DNA from: the human T2T-CHM13v2.0 reference genome, Homo sapiens
NCBI RefSeq assembly: GCF_009914755.1
Contig: NC_060938.1
DNA length: 64,000 nucleotides
Strand: one strand, 5' to 3'
The position numbers were made by a program, and so were the translations under genes. Position 1 is the first letter of the stretch. Each line of letters opens with the position of its first letter. The notes below the pieces were generated by a model. It was not told the origin of the DNA. It ran no database searches and worked only from the letters and a program-made list of their open reading frames with translations. Positions 25,000 through 40,055 of this stretch are shown in pieces.

Positions 25000-26175
25000 A
25001 TATATTGTAGTTCTCCCAGGATTAGCCCTTGACCTTCATTTCTACTGTATAAGCACTCACTCTGCCAGAGATCTTACCTAGGTCCACAGACTTAAATACC
25101 ACCTTTGACTGTCGTATGTATCCCTCCAGCCTCAAGCTTTCTTCTGAATTCCAGACCTGACTATCCAACTGTCTACTCAATGACTCCACCTGGATATTAA
25201 ATGGGCATTTCCAAACTAGTATGTCCAAAACTGGCTTTGAGCTAAAGCTCTTCCACAGTTTAACCCTCCTTAGGAAATTGCAACTATGTCCTTTCCATTG
25301 TTCAGGCCAAAAATATTGAGGAAGTTCCTGAATACTTTCTCTTATACTACAGTATCCAATCTTTCAGCAAATCCTATTTATTATAATGTCAAAATACAGT
25401 TAGAATCTGATCACACCTCATAACTTCCACCACTTTTATAATGGTCCAAACCATCACCATCTTTTCACCCCTGAACTACAACAGCCTCCTAACTGGTCTT
25501 TTTCTTTCTCTCTGTTAAAAAAAAAATGTAAGAGAAAAAGTCAGATCATGTCACTCCTTTGGTAAAAACCCACCAATGGCTTTTTAAAAAATTTTAAATT
25601 CAAAGTAATAGTCAAATTTTTTCTTTCTTACTAAAAGCACAATAACATCTCTTACTACCCCAATCTTGCCTTTTTTCAGTCTCCATGTGACTCCTTTGTA
25701 TACCTCAAACACACTAAGCAAGCTCTTGCTACATCATCTTTGTACTTACGTTCCTTCCCCATGGATTGCTTTTCCCTCAGCTATCTGCTGGCTGGTTCCC
25801 TGACTTCGTTCAGATATTTACTCAAATATTACCCTCTCAGGAAGACTTTCACTCATCAACCTATTTTAAAAGGCAGCCCTAACCTAAGGCAGGCCTAACC
25901 TGAGGCAGGTCTAACCTGAGGCGGCCCTAACCTGAGGCGGCCCTAACCTGAGGCGGCCCTAACCTCTGCTTTGGCACTCTGTGCCACTTCGTTGATTTAT
26001 TTTATCTATACATTTATTATCATCTGATGTACTGCATATTTATTGGCTTCTATTATCATTATCTAACTCTCCCCGCTAGAATGTGAACTTTCTGAGGGCA
26101 AAGAATTTTGTGTACTTTTTCACTGCTTCTGGCAACAAGAAAAGTGTTCGGCACAGAATAGATGTCTAAAAAACA
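25000..26175 (+). mobile_element. L2a fragment (about 1.2 kb)
   Basis: ctgaattccagacctgactatccaactgtctactc, aatcagatcatgtcactcc-like motifs and 3' end ctagaatgtgaactttctgagggca...ggcacagaataga. Confidence 0.85.
25871..25966. repeat. 16-bp minisatellite, 6 copies, consensus AGGCGGCCCTAACCTG
   Basis: Units start at 25871, 25887, 25903, 25919, 25935 and 25951. Confidence 0.95.
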
Positions 26176-29089
26176 TTATAACTATGGCTATGACATGTGA
26201 TGTCTAGAAATCAACTAGTATATTATGGTCAGTTCCTTGGAACTCCTTCTAGGCATTCAACAATTTCTATTATTATGTAACATGAATAGATAATTAACTT
26301 GTTAAGTAATATCTGAAATGAATTATATCTTTATTATTTATTTAATGTTTAAATAGCTAATTTTTTCAAATAATAGTGTGGACATTTGAAAGCTTTTGGA
26401 AAACACTAAAAGGTAAAAGAAAATGTCACCTCTATTTTAATGTTACTGACATTTTGAAATATTTATTCCTGATATTTTCCTACATATACATTGCATACAT
26501 ACAAGTATGTGTATACATATGTGTGTGACTGTAATGTATTTATATATGTGTGTATGTGTATATATACTTATAAAAACAATACTATAGGATATAGTTCATA
26601 ATATAAGAAAAAATATGGCATAAAAGTATATATGTTGTCTTATATTTTATTGCATCTCTGAAACTTGCCAATATTTTGCACACGTTAGGTGTTCAATAAA
26701 TATTTATCAGTAATGAAGATAATATCTAACTACCTATACTTTCCTAATAGCTAAGTCACAGGTGAAATGAAATGAAGCATTCTGTTTATTTTTCAGGTGG
26801 GAAAACAGCAGTTCTATGTATTTTCGTCTGGGTTTTGTTGTTTTAATCCTTCCTCCTTTCCCCGTCCACCCCCCGTTATCATTTAAGAAATCCATTTTCT
26901 TTCAATGAATGTTCAGTTGCTGAAATCACTCTCCATTATGGAAGAGCATTTGATTCTCTGGATGCCTATGTCCTGGATTTTGGCGTGGGAGTTCCATTAG
27001 AGGTGATATTGATTTGGGCTGTGTTCCTTTCTCTGAGCTGCAGTCTGCATTTGCCATCTGACTGTCTCTGATGATGAGTATATCACATACCTAGTAGTTT
27101 GTCTCTATTTTATTTCCCAGAAAAGCAAATATATGGATATGAATTTTGCTGCTAGGAAAAATAACTTTGAAGATATTTTTTGAAATGCATGTTTGTTCGT
27201 TTTCTCTTATGTTTTTGTGTGATGCACTCAAATAATGGCAAAACCTTGAAAAATTATCTTGTCTTCAGAGACTACCCTGACAACATAAGAACTAACTCAT
27301 TCTGGATGAATGAATATCTGGTGGATAGGAATACTAAACAGCTTAGAAGTTGGTAATAATTCTTGGGAAAATTTCCAAAGAACAGGGTAATTTTATTACT
27401 AGTACATTTTTTAATAAATCTGTTTCCCTAATTGTATTCATGATAAATAATTTTTAATGTTACGTGTTTTGTTTGAATAATGAGTTGATCCAATTTCCTA
27501 ATTTTAATGACAAAAAATAGTTTTCCATTTCACCTAAGAGTCTCTGGTTGAGACTGGACTCTTTCTATTCTAATCCACTACCTCTAAACTTTGGTTACAT
27601 TCAAATACAGAGTCTTAGAAGACTTAGAATACAGAGTCTTTACACTTTGGCTTTAGCAATCACTTCCTTCAAATGCTTTCTTTTATCAGTGTGGAAACTG
27701 AGAACAAAAGTTATTCACCACTAGCTGTTATGGACCTATCTGACCTCTCTTTTCCTTATTCCCATATTTCTCTTTTCTAATTTTTCCCAGTGGAGTTACA
27801 GAATAAGGCAAAGTCCAGACAAGCAAATAAGTTCAACTAAGCCAAAATGACATTCTGAATCCTGAGTTGTGGCCTATAAACGTTATGGGAAAGGAGATTA
27901 TTAGAACAGAATGGCTACCTTTGTCAAAGTACAAGCTGGCAACAAGAGATACAATTCCTATTGTGTGTGTTCTCACTGACCAAAAAAAAAGCATTACCAA
28001 TGCTTTCTCTGGCTTTCTTAGTCAAGTTGAAGGCAAATATCTCTCCAATATTTTTAACCAAGGTCGTACAACTATCTAGCAGTAGTACTAGAATTAGAAC
28101 TCAGAAACTTTGATTTTCATTGCTTTATATTCAACAATGCTGCAACTTTCTCAGTCACTGGAGTCTCATTCTTATAAGAACTGAGAGTGTGTGGCTGTGG
28201 AGAGTTTGTAAGTTGTGTATAAGAGAGACTGATGAAACTGGACATAGAATGGAACTAAGACTATACACTCCTGAGTCTGGGAAAGACACAGCATTTTATT
28301 CTGACCAATATGTGTGCTGGGGATATTTGATGATGCCATACTCAATGTTGTCATTAAGTTGCCATGTATGTTCAACTTAAAGTCATAATCATCCCATATC
28401 CTCAGGAGGAAGACTCAAGAGGCAGGAATGTAAGTAACAATCCACCACAATCATATTTTTAAGAGTTAAAAATATTTACACTGCAAGAGACACTTTCCCA
28501 GAAAAATGAAGATAAGAAAATAGAGCAATAGTGAATCAGCAAAAATTAGTCACTAGATCTTCTCCACCTCCCACAATTAAATAATTAAGTTGACAAAAAC
28601 TCCACTAGATTTCATTTAAACTGCTCCTTCTATCTTCAGTCTCTTCTATCCATCTCGACCCTTTGGTAATTATTTTTTCCACAAACACAACTCTATCATT
28701 TACCTTCCTTTCCATGTAAGCCCTGCTTGTAAACCCTAAGAAAGCTCCTCCATCCCCCTAGCCATCAGTGAGAGCAAACTGGTTCTTCAAACAGGCTGCA
28801 AACAAACAAAATTGTTGCTTGGGCTTTAAAGTTTCCTTTGCTTAAAAGTTTTGACATTTCTGAATTTAGGGCCTATCTTGAGCTAGGTTCTTAACATTCA
28901 CTCTTACTGAGTGACTCCCTTCCAGACACCTGACCCCCAGTTCTTTTGCTCAAGCTTTTCTGGCTATATTCGGGTGGGTAGCTTCACTCAAATTTCCCAG
29001 CATCAGACCTTAGGTTGTGCCTGGCTTCTAAGTTGGTTCTGTCATTGCAAGTGACACATAGCACAGCTTATAGGACTCTGTTGCCCACT

Positions 29090-29345
29090 TAATCAAACAC
29101 AAACTCCAGATAGTGACATTTAAGACTCCACAATCTGATCTATCCCAACTATCAGAACCTGTAATTAATTGCCTCTTCACTTCTCTCCAGACATCTGCAA
29201 AAGTCATTCCAAATCCTGCCCAATACATTCCCACTCCTGATCCTTTCTTCACACAATCCCCTGGGTCAGGAATGATCTTCTCAGAAATTCATCTGCACTT
29301 GTTAGAATTCTATGTATTTTCCAAGGTTGCATTTTAAAGACAATT
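29090..29345 (+). mobile_element. L2 fragment
   Basis: caaactcc...gacatttaagactccacaatctgatc...ttctatgtattttccaagg. Confidence 0.55.
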
Positions 29346-29414
29346 TTTCTGGATTACAGCCAGAAGTAAACTCAGCTTCCAAAATTTCATCACCTTGAGC
29401 AGAACAACAGAGAA

Positions 29415-29613
29415 ACTAGATTATGTAAGTTTGGATCCCTAATACACCAGCTGGAACAGCCTGGTCAAGTTAAGGTTCTTTAACCTTTGCATCCCAGTCT
29501 GCAGAATGGAGAAAATAATAGTTGCAACTTCATACAGTTATTGGAAAATTATCTGAGTTTAAAATGAAAAGTGCCTGGCATATAATACAAGCTCAGTAAA
29601 TAGTTGCTATTAT
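29415..29613 (+). mobile_element. MIR
   Basis: ctttaacctttgcatcccagtctgcagaatggagaaaataatag...aaagtgcctggcatataatacaagctcagtaaatagttgctattat. Confidence 0.75.
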
Positions 29614-32283
29614 AGCTCTATGGCACTTTTACTAAAATAAAACTAAAACGTTTAATTGGTACAGTTCCTCGCTCCTTCTGTAAGCTTTTCTGGGATGTTT
29701 AGTATCTTTATGTGGTGTTTGATTATTTGCTAAAATTTCTGCATTAAAAAATTTAATGCACACAATAGCTCTGTAATCGAGGATTTCTCCCCAGTTTGCT
29801 AATAAAGAAAAGACTGAGAGACAAAGTGATTGATCCAAAGACACATGTATCCAGTGAATGCCACACTCTCTGACACTAGCCTCAGCAAGCTCCACAATGG
29901 CATAGCTTCTTTGGGAGGGAACAACCATGCATTTGGAATCTTTCCATTCCCCAGGGCGCATAGTTCATTTTATTTTTGTAGAAAGTAGGTACATAATACA
30001 CATTTCACAAATTATTATTCAGGAGTAAAATTGAACTATCCCCAGAATGACTGTGTTTCCTGGACTAATTTAACCAAGGAAGAAAAATGGCACTATAAGG
30101 GAGGCAAGATTTACAAATCTAATGGAAGTAAAATTTACAGAACTTTGAGGATGGGCACGTTTTAGTATTCAAATGATTCTAAAGATCATGATAAAATCAG
30201 GAACATGTCAGAAATTGGTGTGTCATTTTATCTTTGGGAAAATTTAAGGGTGTAATTTGCAATTATAAAATAAATAGGTTTGGTTCTACAGTTCCTTAGG
30301 TCTACAGAACATCCCAGTAGTCTAGGCTGACAAATCAATTGTGAGAAAAGACCCTTTCATGACAGGTCTTTAAGAACCAGAGAAAGTGAGAGATTTCCAA
30401 CATCTGGTAGGAAAGGGAGGGGAGGCAGATACAATGTTAAAAAGCTTGAGTCAACATTCAACAGTTCAAAATGGAGAAAAATTTTCACAAATGTTATATT
30501 GCATCAAACTAAATCGATTTCTCAATCAAAAACCTTTTACTAAGTACCTGCTATATGGCATCATGTTCTACGTCAGGCACTATAGATATAATGTGAATAA
30601 AAGATTTGTTAGGAATAGTATCCTTAGCCCTATGTCTATAACTTGTATTATAAATGTATATGATTGACTTATGAGTCATCTTTAACAAACATTTGATTTG
30701 GCCTCCCTTTATTAATTTGTACATTCAAAACTCACCTCTCCACATTGTTATATAAAAGAGCTTCAAACAGATCCATAAGATGGGTAAATAGATTTTTGGA
30801 TTATCCACATTTGTCATTATAAATACTTCACTTATCTTACATAGTTGAGATATCAGTGTGAATAGTCTACTTTCTAATAAATATGAGTCATCATGACTTT
30901 AAAAAGTAGAATCCTGTGGAATAGTCGACAGTGAAAATGAAGGCAAGTGGGGAGTGTGGCAGGAAGAAGGTATGACTGACACCATAATGCCAGAGCACCT
31001 AGAAAAAAAGACTATGGTTGGGTGAAGACTCTATTCCCATCTATGCCTATGGATACAAATGTAATGTTTTCTAAAAATAACATTACTCTTCAAACAGTAT
31101 CCAATCCTGGTTTAAAATAACCTGTGATAGGGTTGGGCAGGGGTAAGAAAAGAATTAGTCCACTTTGATATCCTGGAGAAATTTTAGGTCTAGGCTAATA
31201 TAATGCTAGTTTTGATTTTAACCCAGCATCTGGAGGAAGTTATATTTTCAATATAAAAGTAATGCTTACTGAAAATGACTGACTCACTCTGCAGTTTTCT
31301 GGGGGAGTACATTATTTGTACCTCAACAAATGAAGAACAACAGTCAAGTTTCCAAAAATAATAAGTAAACATCTCTGGATTTCAGAAATAAATAAGTGAT
31401 GTAAATTGACAAAATAAAACAGGCTTTTAAGTAGTGGATTTCATAATTAGCCTCTGCTTTCAGGGAGAGCACACGTGCACATCCTCTTTGTCCATCTTGA
31501 CAAGTTTTCTGCCTTTTATGAAATAACTGTTTCCTGCCAGTCAATGAAAACATGCTTATCCTTTTTATAAGTGCATATAAATTTAACCCTTTCACCAAGG
31601 GCAGAGAAGAAATAGATATTAAATAATGACAATTATAATAAAATCTTGGGGGTGTATTTATGATGAGAAATGATTATTTTTAACAATAGAGCTTCTCACA
31701 GAATGCTGATTAGATAATTTTCTATCATTCCTGTTTGATTTTTTTAAAGAAGTAAAATAGGCAGCTATAATCTGTAAATTTTATATTTTCTTTAAAATTT
31801 GAATATATACATACGATACACATATGATTCTGCAAAAGAGCTTTATATTAAATTGTTTGAGATTTTATACAGGAGTCTCAAATAATAAAGTACTTTAAAA
31901 CATTAATCAATAAGACCTTAGATGAAAAGTTGAGATGAATTTTTAATCTTTTTTTAAACTTTTAGGTTCAAGGGTACACGTGCAGATTTATTACATAGGT
32001 AAATTGCGTGTTGCAAGGGTTTGGTGTATAGTTTATTTTTTCACCCAGGTAATAAGCATAGTACACGGCAGACAGTTTTTCAATCTTCACCCTCCTCCCT
32101 CCCTCTACCATCAAGTAGGTCCCAGTAGTCTGTTGTTCCCTTCTTTGTGTCCATATATACTTGATGTTTAGCTGTGGTTTATAAGAGCAAGTGGTATTTG
32201 GTTTTCTGTTGCTGTGTTAGTTCACTTAGGATAATGGCTTCCAGCTCCATCCATGTTCCTCCTGCAAAGCGCAAAGGACATGA

Positions 32284-32731
<448 letters not shown>

Positions 32732-32885
32732 AAGTATTTTTATGGTGGAATGATTTATATTCCTTTGGGAATATATGCAGTAATGGGATTGCTGGGTCAA
32801 ATGGCACGTCTAAGTTCTTTGAAAAATCGCAACATTGTTTTCCACAATGGCTGAACTAATTTACACTTCTGCCAACAGTGAATAA

Positions 32886-33229
<344 letters not shown>

Positions 33230-36200
33230 TATCTTAGGATTTTTTAATAATAGGCTTTCTGACTGTTGTGAGGTGGTATCTCATTGTGGTTTTGATTTGC
33301 ATTTCTCTTATAATTAGTGATATTGAGCATTTTTCATGTTTCTTGGTCATGTTTATGTCTTCTTTTGAAAAGTGTCTGTTCATGTCCTTGGCCCGCTTTT
33401 TAATGTGGTTGTTTGTTTTTTGCTTGTAAATTTGCTTTGTAAAGTTGCTTATAGATTCTGGATATTAGACCTTTGTCAGGTGCACAGTTTGCAAATATTT
33501 TTCTCTTATTCTGTAGGCTGTTTACTCTGTTGATAGTTTCTTTTGCTGTGCAGAAGCTCTTTAGTTTAATTAGATCCTAGTTGTCAATTTTTGTTTTTGT
33601 TGAAATTGCTTTTGGCATCTTCATCATGAAATCTTTGCCAGGTCCTATATCCTAGGTAATCCTCCAAGGTTTTCACAGTTTTAGGTTTTACATTTAAGTT
33701 GTTAGTACATCTTGAATTGATTTTTTATATATGGGGTAAGGAAGGGGTTCAGTTTCAATCTTCTGCATTTGGCTAGCCAATTATCCCAGCATCATTTATT
33801 GAATACAGAATTTTTCTCCATTGCTTGTTTTTGTCAATTTTGTTGAAGATTTGATGGTTATAGGTGTGCAGCATTATTTCTGGGCCCTCTATTCTGTTCC
33901 ATTGTTCTGCATGTCTGATTCTGTATTGTGCCACGCTATTTTGGTTACTTTGGCCCTATAGTATAGTTTGAAATAGGCTAGCATGATACCTCTATCTTTG
34001 TTTTTTTTGTTTGTTTTGTTTTTTTTTTTTGTTTTTTTTTTTTTTGTTTTTTTTTTTTTTGCTTAGGATTGCCTTAACTAATCTGGCTCTTTTTTGTTTC
34101 CATATCAATTTTAAAATACTTTGTTCTAGTTTTGTGAAGAATGTCATTGGTAGTTTTACAGAAATAGCATTGAATCTGTAAATTACTTTGGGCAGCATAG
34201 CCATTTTAACGATATTGAATCTTCCCATCCATGAGCATGGAATGTTTTCCTAATTGTTCATATCGCTGATTCCTTTCAGCAGTGTTTTGTAATTGTCATT
34301 ATAGAGATCCCTCACCTCCCCGGTTAACTGTATTCTTAGTTATTTTATTCTTTTTCTAAGTTTTGTGAGTGGGATTACATTCTTGATTTGGCTCCCAGCT
34401 TGCACGTTGTTGGTGTATGGGAATGCTACTGATTTATGTACATTGATTTTGTCCTGAAACTTTGCTGAAGTTGTTTATCCAGTCAAGGAGCTTTTGGGCA
34501 GAGACCATGGGGTTTTCTAGGTGTTGAATCATATAGTCTGCAAACAGGAATAGTTTGACTTCCTCTCTTCCTATTTTGATGCCTTTTGTTTCTTTACCTT
34601 GCTTGATTGCACTGTCCAGGACTTGCAGTACTATGTTGAACAGGAGTGGTGAGGGAGGACATCCTTGTCTTGTTCCAGTTTTGAAGGGGAATATTTCTAG
34701 CTTTTGCCCATTTAGCATGATGTTAGCTGTAAATCTGTCATAGATGGCTCTTATTATTTTAAAGTATATTCCTTCAATGCCTAGTTTGTTGAGGGTTTTT
34801 AACATGAGGAGATGTTGAAATTTACCAAAAACCTTTTCCACATCTATTAAGATGATCATGTGATTTTTGTTTTTAGTTCTGTCTACAGGATAAATCCCAT
34901 TTACTGATTTGCAAATATTGAACCAACTTTGCATCCCACGGATAAAGTCTACTTCATCATGGTAGATTAACTTCTTCATGTGTTGCTGGATTCAGTTTGG
35001 TAGTATTTTGTTGAGGGTTTTGGCATCTAAGTTCTTCAAGGATAGCAGCCTGAAGTTGTATTTTTTTGTTGTTGTGTCTGCCAGGTTTTGGTATCAGCAT
35101 GGTGCTGGCCTCATAGAGTGAGTTAGGGAGGATTCCCTCCTTCTCAATGTTTTGGAATAGTTTCAGTAGGAATGGTACTAGATCTTCTTGATACAGCTGG
35201 CAGAATTTGGTTGTAAATCCATCTTGTCCTGGGAGTTTGTTTGTTTGTTTGGTTGGTTGGCAGGCTTTTTATTACTGATTCAATATCAGAACTCATTATT
35301 GGTATCCAGGGATTCTATTTCTTCCTGGTTCAGTCTTGGAAGGTTGTGTGTGTCCAGGAATTCATCAGTTTCTTCTAGGTTTTCTAGCTTGTGTGCATTG
35401 AGGTGTTCATCACAGCCTCTGAGGATTTTTGTATTTCTGGGGGATTGGTGGTAATGTCTCATGTTTTATTTCCGATTACGTTTAGTTGAATCTTTTTTCC
35501 TTTATTGGTCTAGCTAGTGTTCTGTTTATCTTAATTTTCTCAAAAAGCAAAGTCCTGAATTTGTTGCTTTGGTGTGGGTTTTTGCATTTCAATTTCCTTC
35601 AGTTCAACTTTGATTTTGGTTGTTTCTTGTCTTCTGCTAGCTTTGGGGTTGGTTTGCTCTTGTTTCTCCAATTCCTCCACTTGTGATGTTAGGTTGTTAA
35701 TTTGAGACTCTGCTATCTTTTTTTGGTGGGAGTTTAGTGCTATAAATGTCCGTCTTAACACTGCCTTAGCTGTGTCCCAGTAATGCTGGTATATTGTATC
35801 TTATCGTTGTTCTCATTAATTTTAAAGAATTTCTTGATCTCTGCCTTAATCTCATTATTTACTCAAAAGTCATTCAGGAGCAGGCTGTTGAATTTCCATA
35901 TAATGTTATGGTTTTGAGTCATTTTTTTAGTATCAATTTCTATTTCCATTGCATTGTGGTCTGAAAGCATGGTTGGTATGATTTCATTTTTTTAAAAAAA
36001 AATTTCTGAGGATTGCTTGATGTCTGATTATGTGATTAATTTTACAATATGTGTTATGTGCAGATAAGAGGAATGTATATTCTGTTGTTTTTGGGTGGAG
36101 TGTTCTTTAGATGTCTATTAGGTCAATTTTGTCAAATGTCAAATTCAGGCCCTGAATATTTTTGTTAGTTTTCTGCCTCAATGATCTGTAATACTGTCAA

Positions 36201-37148
36201 TGGGCATGCTGCAGTCTCCCACTATTATTTTGTAGTGACCTAAGTATCTTCATAGGTTTCTAAGAACTTGCTTTATGAATCTGGGTGCTCCTGTGTTAGG
36301 TGCATATATATTTAGGATGGTTAGTTAGGTCTTCCTGTTGAATTTATTCCTTTACCATTAAGCAATGCCCTTCTTCACCTTTAAAAAAATTTTTGTTGGT
36401 TTAAAGTCTGTTTTGTCTGAAATTAGAATAGCAACCCCTGCTTTTTTCTGTTTTTTTTTTTTTTTGCTTGGTAGATTTTTTTTTTCCATCTCTTTACTTT
36501 GAGCCTATGATGTCACCACACGTGAGATGGGTCTCACATACCACTGAATCTTGCTTTTTTATCCAACTTGCCATTCTGTGCCTTTTAATTGGGCCATTTA
36601 GCCCCTTTAAATTAAAAGTTAATATCGATATATACAGATTTGTTCCTGTCATCATGTTGTTAGCTGGTTATCATGCAGACTTGTTTGTGTGGTTGCTTTA
36701 TGGTATCACTGGTTTATGTACTGTATGTGTTTTTGTAGCAGTGAGTAATGTTCTTTCCCTTCCATGTTTAGCACTCCCCTCAGGATCTCTTGCAAGACAA
36801 TTCTAGTGGTATTGAAATCCTTTAGCACTTGCTTGTCTGAAAAGAATCTTATTTCTCTCCACTTATGAAGCTTAGTTTGGCTGTTTGTGAAATTATTGGT
36901 TGGAAACTATTTTCTTCAAGAATGATGAATATAGGCCCTCATCTCTTTTGGCTTGTAGGTTTTCTGCTAAAAGGTCCACTGTTAGCCTGATGGGGTTCCC
37001 TTTGTAGGTGGCTGCCCCTTCTCTCTAGCTGTCTTTAACATTTTTTCTTTCACTTTGACCTTGGAGAATCTGATGACTATATGTCTTGGGGATGGTCTTT
37101 TGTAGTATTTCACATGGGTTCTCTGCATTTTCTGAATTTGACTGTTGA

Positions 37149-37512
37149 TGTATTAGTCTGTTTCCATGCTGCTGACAAAGGCATACCTGAGGCTGGGCAA
37201 TTTGCTAAAGAAAGAGGCTTAATCTACTTATGGTTCCACGAGGCTGGGGAAGCCTCACAATCATGGTGGAAGGCAAGGAAGAGCAGGTCACGTCTTTCAC
37301 AGATGGCAGCAGGCAAAGAGAGCCAAGCAAAAGGGGTTTCTCCTTATAAAACCCTCAAATCTCAGGAGAATTATTCACTACCATGAAAGCAGTATGGCAG
37401 AAATTGCTCCCATGATTTAATTATCTCCCACCAGGTCCCTCCCACATGTGAGAATTATGGAAGTTCAATTCAAGATCAGATTTGGGTGGGGACACAGAGC
37501 CAAACCATATCA
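37149..37512 (-). mobile_element. THE1B/C solo LTR inside L1
   Basis: tgtattagtctgtttccatgctgctgacaaag...gggacacagagccaaaccatatca; degenerate TSD gttga/gctgg splitting L1 sequence. Confidence 0.92.
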
Positions 37513-39762
37513 GCTGGCCTCTGTAGTGAGGAAATTTTCATGAACAATATACTGAAATATGTTGTCCACATTGCTTGTTTTCTCTCCCTCTCTGTCGGGG
37601 ATGTCAATGAGTCACAGATTTGGTCTCTTTACATCATCCAATATTTCTCAGAGGTTTTGTTCATTCTTCTTTATTCTTTATTTTTTGTCTCACTGAGTTA
37701 TTGAGGAGAGCTGGTCTTCAAGCTCTGAGATTCTTTCCTCAGCTTGGTGGATTTTGCTGTTAATACCTGTGATTGTATTTTGAAATTCTTGTTGAGTTTT
37801 TCAACTCCATCAGCTCAGTTTGGCTCTTTCTTAAAATGGCCACTTTTTTTTTTCTCATCTCCTGTATAGTTTTATTGTATTCTGTAGAATCCTTGGATTG
37901 GGTTTCAACTCTTTCCTGGATGTTGATTATCTTTGCTCCTATCTGTATTCTGAATTCTGTTTTGGTTATTTCAGCCATTTCAGCCTAGTTAAGAACCACT
38001 GCTCTGGGGAAGTAGTGCAGTCATTTGGAGGTGAGAAGACTCTCTTGCTTTTTGAGTTGCCAGAGTTCTTGTGCTGGTTCTTTCTCATTGTGTGGGCTGA
38101 TGTTCCTTCAATCTTTCAAGTTGCTGCCTTTTGGATTGTTGTTGTTATTTTGTTTTGTTTTGTTTGCTTTTCTATCTTCTTTGATGTCCTTGGCAGTTTG
38201 ATTGTGGCATAAGGTAGGTCCAGTTGACTGGCTTTGTTTCTTGTAGGTTTTTGAGGGCCAAGGTTCAGCTCAGTATTATTGGGCTGTGTACTTTAACTTT
38301 GGGGGGCTGTTATCAGGCCCCCAGCTTTGTTCTCTGGCTGGAGGTTGGAAACCTGCTGAGCTGGAGGGGCCGAGTGAGTCCGCATTCCCAAACCGTTGGT
38401 CACAATTCTCTGAGGGTGGTGCCAGACAAAGTTCTTTGTTGAGTAGTAGCAGCAGGATCTGACTTCCTTGCTTCTTGTGCCACCAGTTGTGGCCATACGA
38501 CAGAGTGCATGCTCATTGGATGGGGTGAGATTCTGGTGGGTCCTGGGCACCAGTCTCCATAAGGTTGTTGGCAGTGGTGGCATAGGCAGCCCTGGGGGCT
38601 GAATCCACTGGGGTCCATGTGCACACATTCATACCCATGGCCGTGCTGGCATGGGGACAGGGCACTGGCAGGTGTAGGGCTGGCAATTTCTGTCCAGGTG
38701 TTCGTGCCAGCAGCTGTGACAATGTGGGGCAGGGAATGGGGGTGCGGATGTCCTTGTGTTCATTCACTCTGGCAGCAATGGTAGTTTGGAGTGGGGGTGG
38801 TGTTGCTGGTGTCTGTGCATGTGTTTGCGCCAGCAATGGCAGCATCGTGATGCAGGGCAGGTGGTGCACTCACAACAGCAGCAATGGCATGGTGGGTGCA
38901 CATACATCCACATGCCAGCAGGGAAGGAGAGGCAAGGTTTGCCTGCACATATGCACACAAGCAAAGTGATGGGTGATGACTGTGGATGAGTGTGTGCCAG
39001 TGAAGTAACACGGGCAGCTGTGGTGGAAGAAGGACATGTGTAGGCTGGTGTGTGTCAGCAAGGGCTGCTCTACTAGAGCTCTCTGATGGTAAGGTATGGT
39101 CTGCTAGTACAGGAGCTATGATGTATGCCCTTGAAAGGCACCTCAATTGGGCATCCAAGGCTGTACAGCAAGCAGGCACATCCAGGCTGGGATCCCAGGA
39201 GAGGTCAGCAGACAGAAGCATGCTCAGGTCAGACTGGCCCTGTCTCACAGGCAAGATCACCCTGGTCTCTTCAGGTCTGACAGTTCACTTAAAGCTAGAG
39301 TATCCCAGGGGAGCAAGGCAATCCTAGGAGATGAATGTCCCTGGATGTGCTCCCTGGCACATGTTCCCACATTAAACCCTCTGGGCTGCACACATGCTGG
39401 AGTCTTGCACTTGTCACTTCTCTAAGTAGCTCTTCCTGCCAGTTTCCCTCAAGTTTCCATGGGGGTTGGGGAGACTTCTCCTGCCAGGGTTCCAGAGGTC
39501 TGTGCATGAGCAGGTTGCACCATGCCTGCTTAACACACTCATTCCCCAGGAGTCACTGGGGGCCAGGAACTAGTCCTAGTATGTGGTAGCCCCTTGCAGA
39601 GTTCCCAGCTTCCTCCCTCTTCAGCCCAGCATCTGTGTCCTCCCTCTGTCCACTCTCAATGCCTTCCGTGTGCAGATCTGCTTGGAGTATGCTAGTCTTC
39701 CTGGTGTCCCAGTTCCTTGGTGGTAGACTCTCCTCCTTGTTGCATCTAGTCATCCATCTTCC

Positions 39763-40055
39763 TTTTTTTTTTCTTTTTTTTGAGAGAAGGTTTTGCTCTG
39801 TTGCCAAGATTGAAATGCAGTGGCGTGATCACAGCACATTGCAGCCTCAAACTCCTGGAAGTGATCTTCCTGCCTCAGCATCCTGAGTAAATCAGACTAC
39901 AGGCATGTGCCACTACGCCCAGCTATCTTTTTTTAATTTTTGTAGAGATGGGGTCTCACTATATTGCCCAGGTTGGAACTCATGGGCTCAAGTGATCCTC
40001 CCACCTCAGCCTCCCAAAGTGCTGGGACTATAGGCCTGAGTCATCATGCCCAGCC
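39763..40055 (-). mobile_element. AluJ
   Basis: gatcacagcacattgcagcctcaaactcctgg and gggctcaagtgatcctccc; tail abuts the L1 5' end. Confidence 0.9.

Noticed and set aside
25871-25966. CRISPR-like array or interstitial telomere
   Set aside because: Units are head-to-tail with no spacers, the context is primate, and the CCCTAA hexamers are not contiguous; it is a minisatellite.
34434-34979. 181-aa reverse-transcriptase-like ORF
   Set aside because: Fragment of ORF2 of the decayed L1; the catalytic motif is altered (FADY instead of FADD) and neighbouring frames are broken.
38293-39886. Dense overlapping 70-166 aa ORFs on both strands
   Set aside because: They lie in the GC-richer L1 5' UTR where stops are rarer; low-complexity translations with no recognisable domain.
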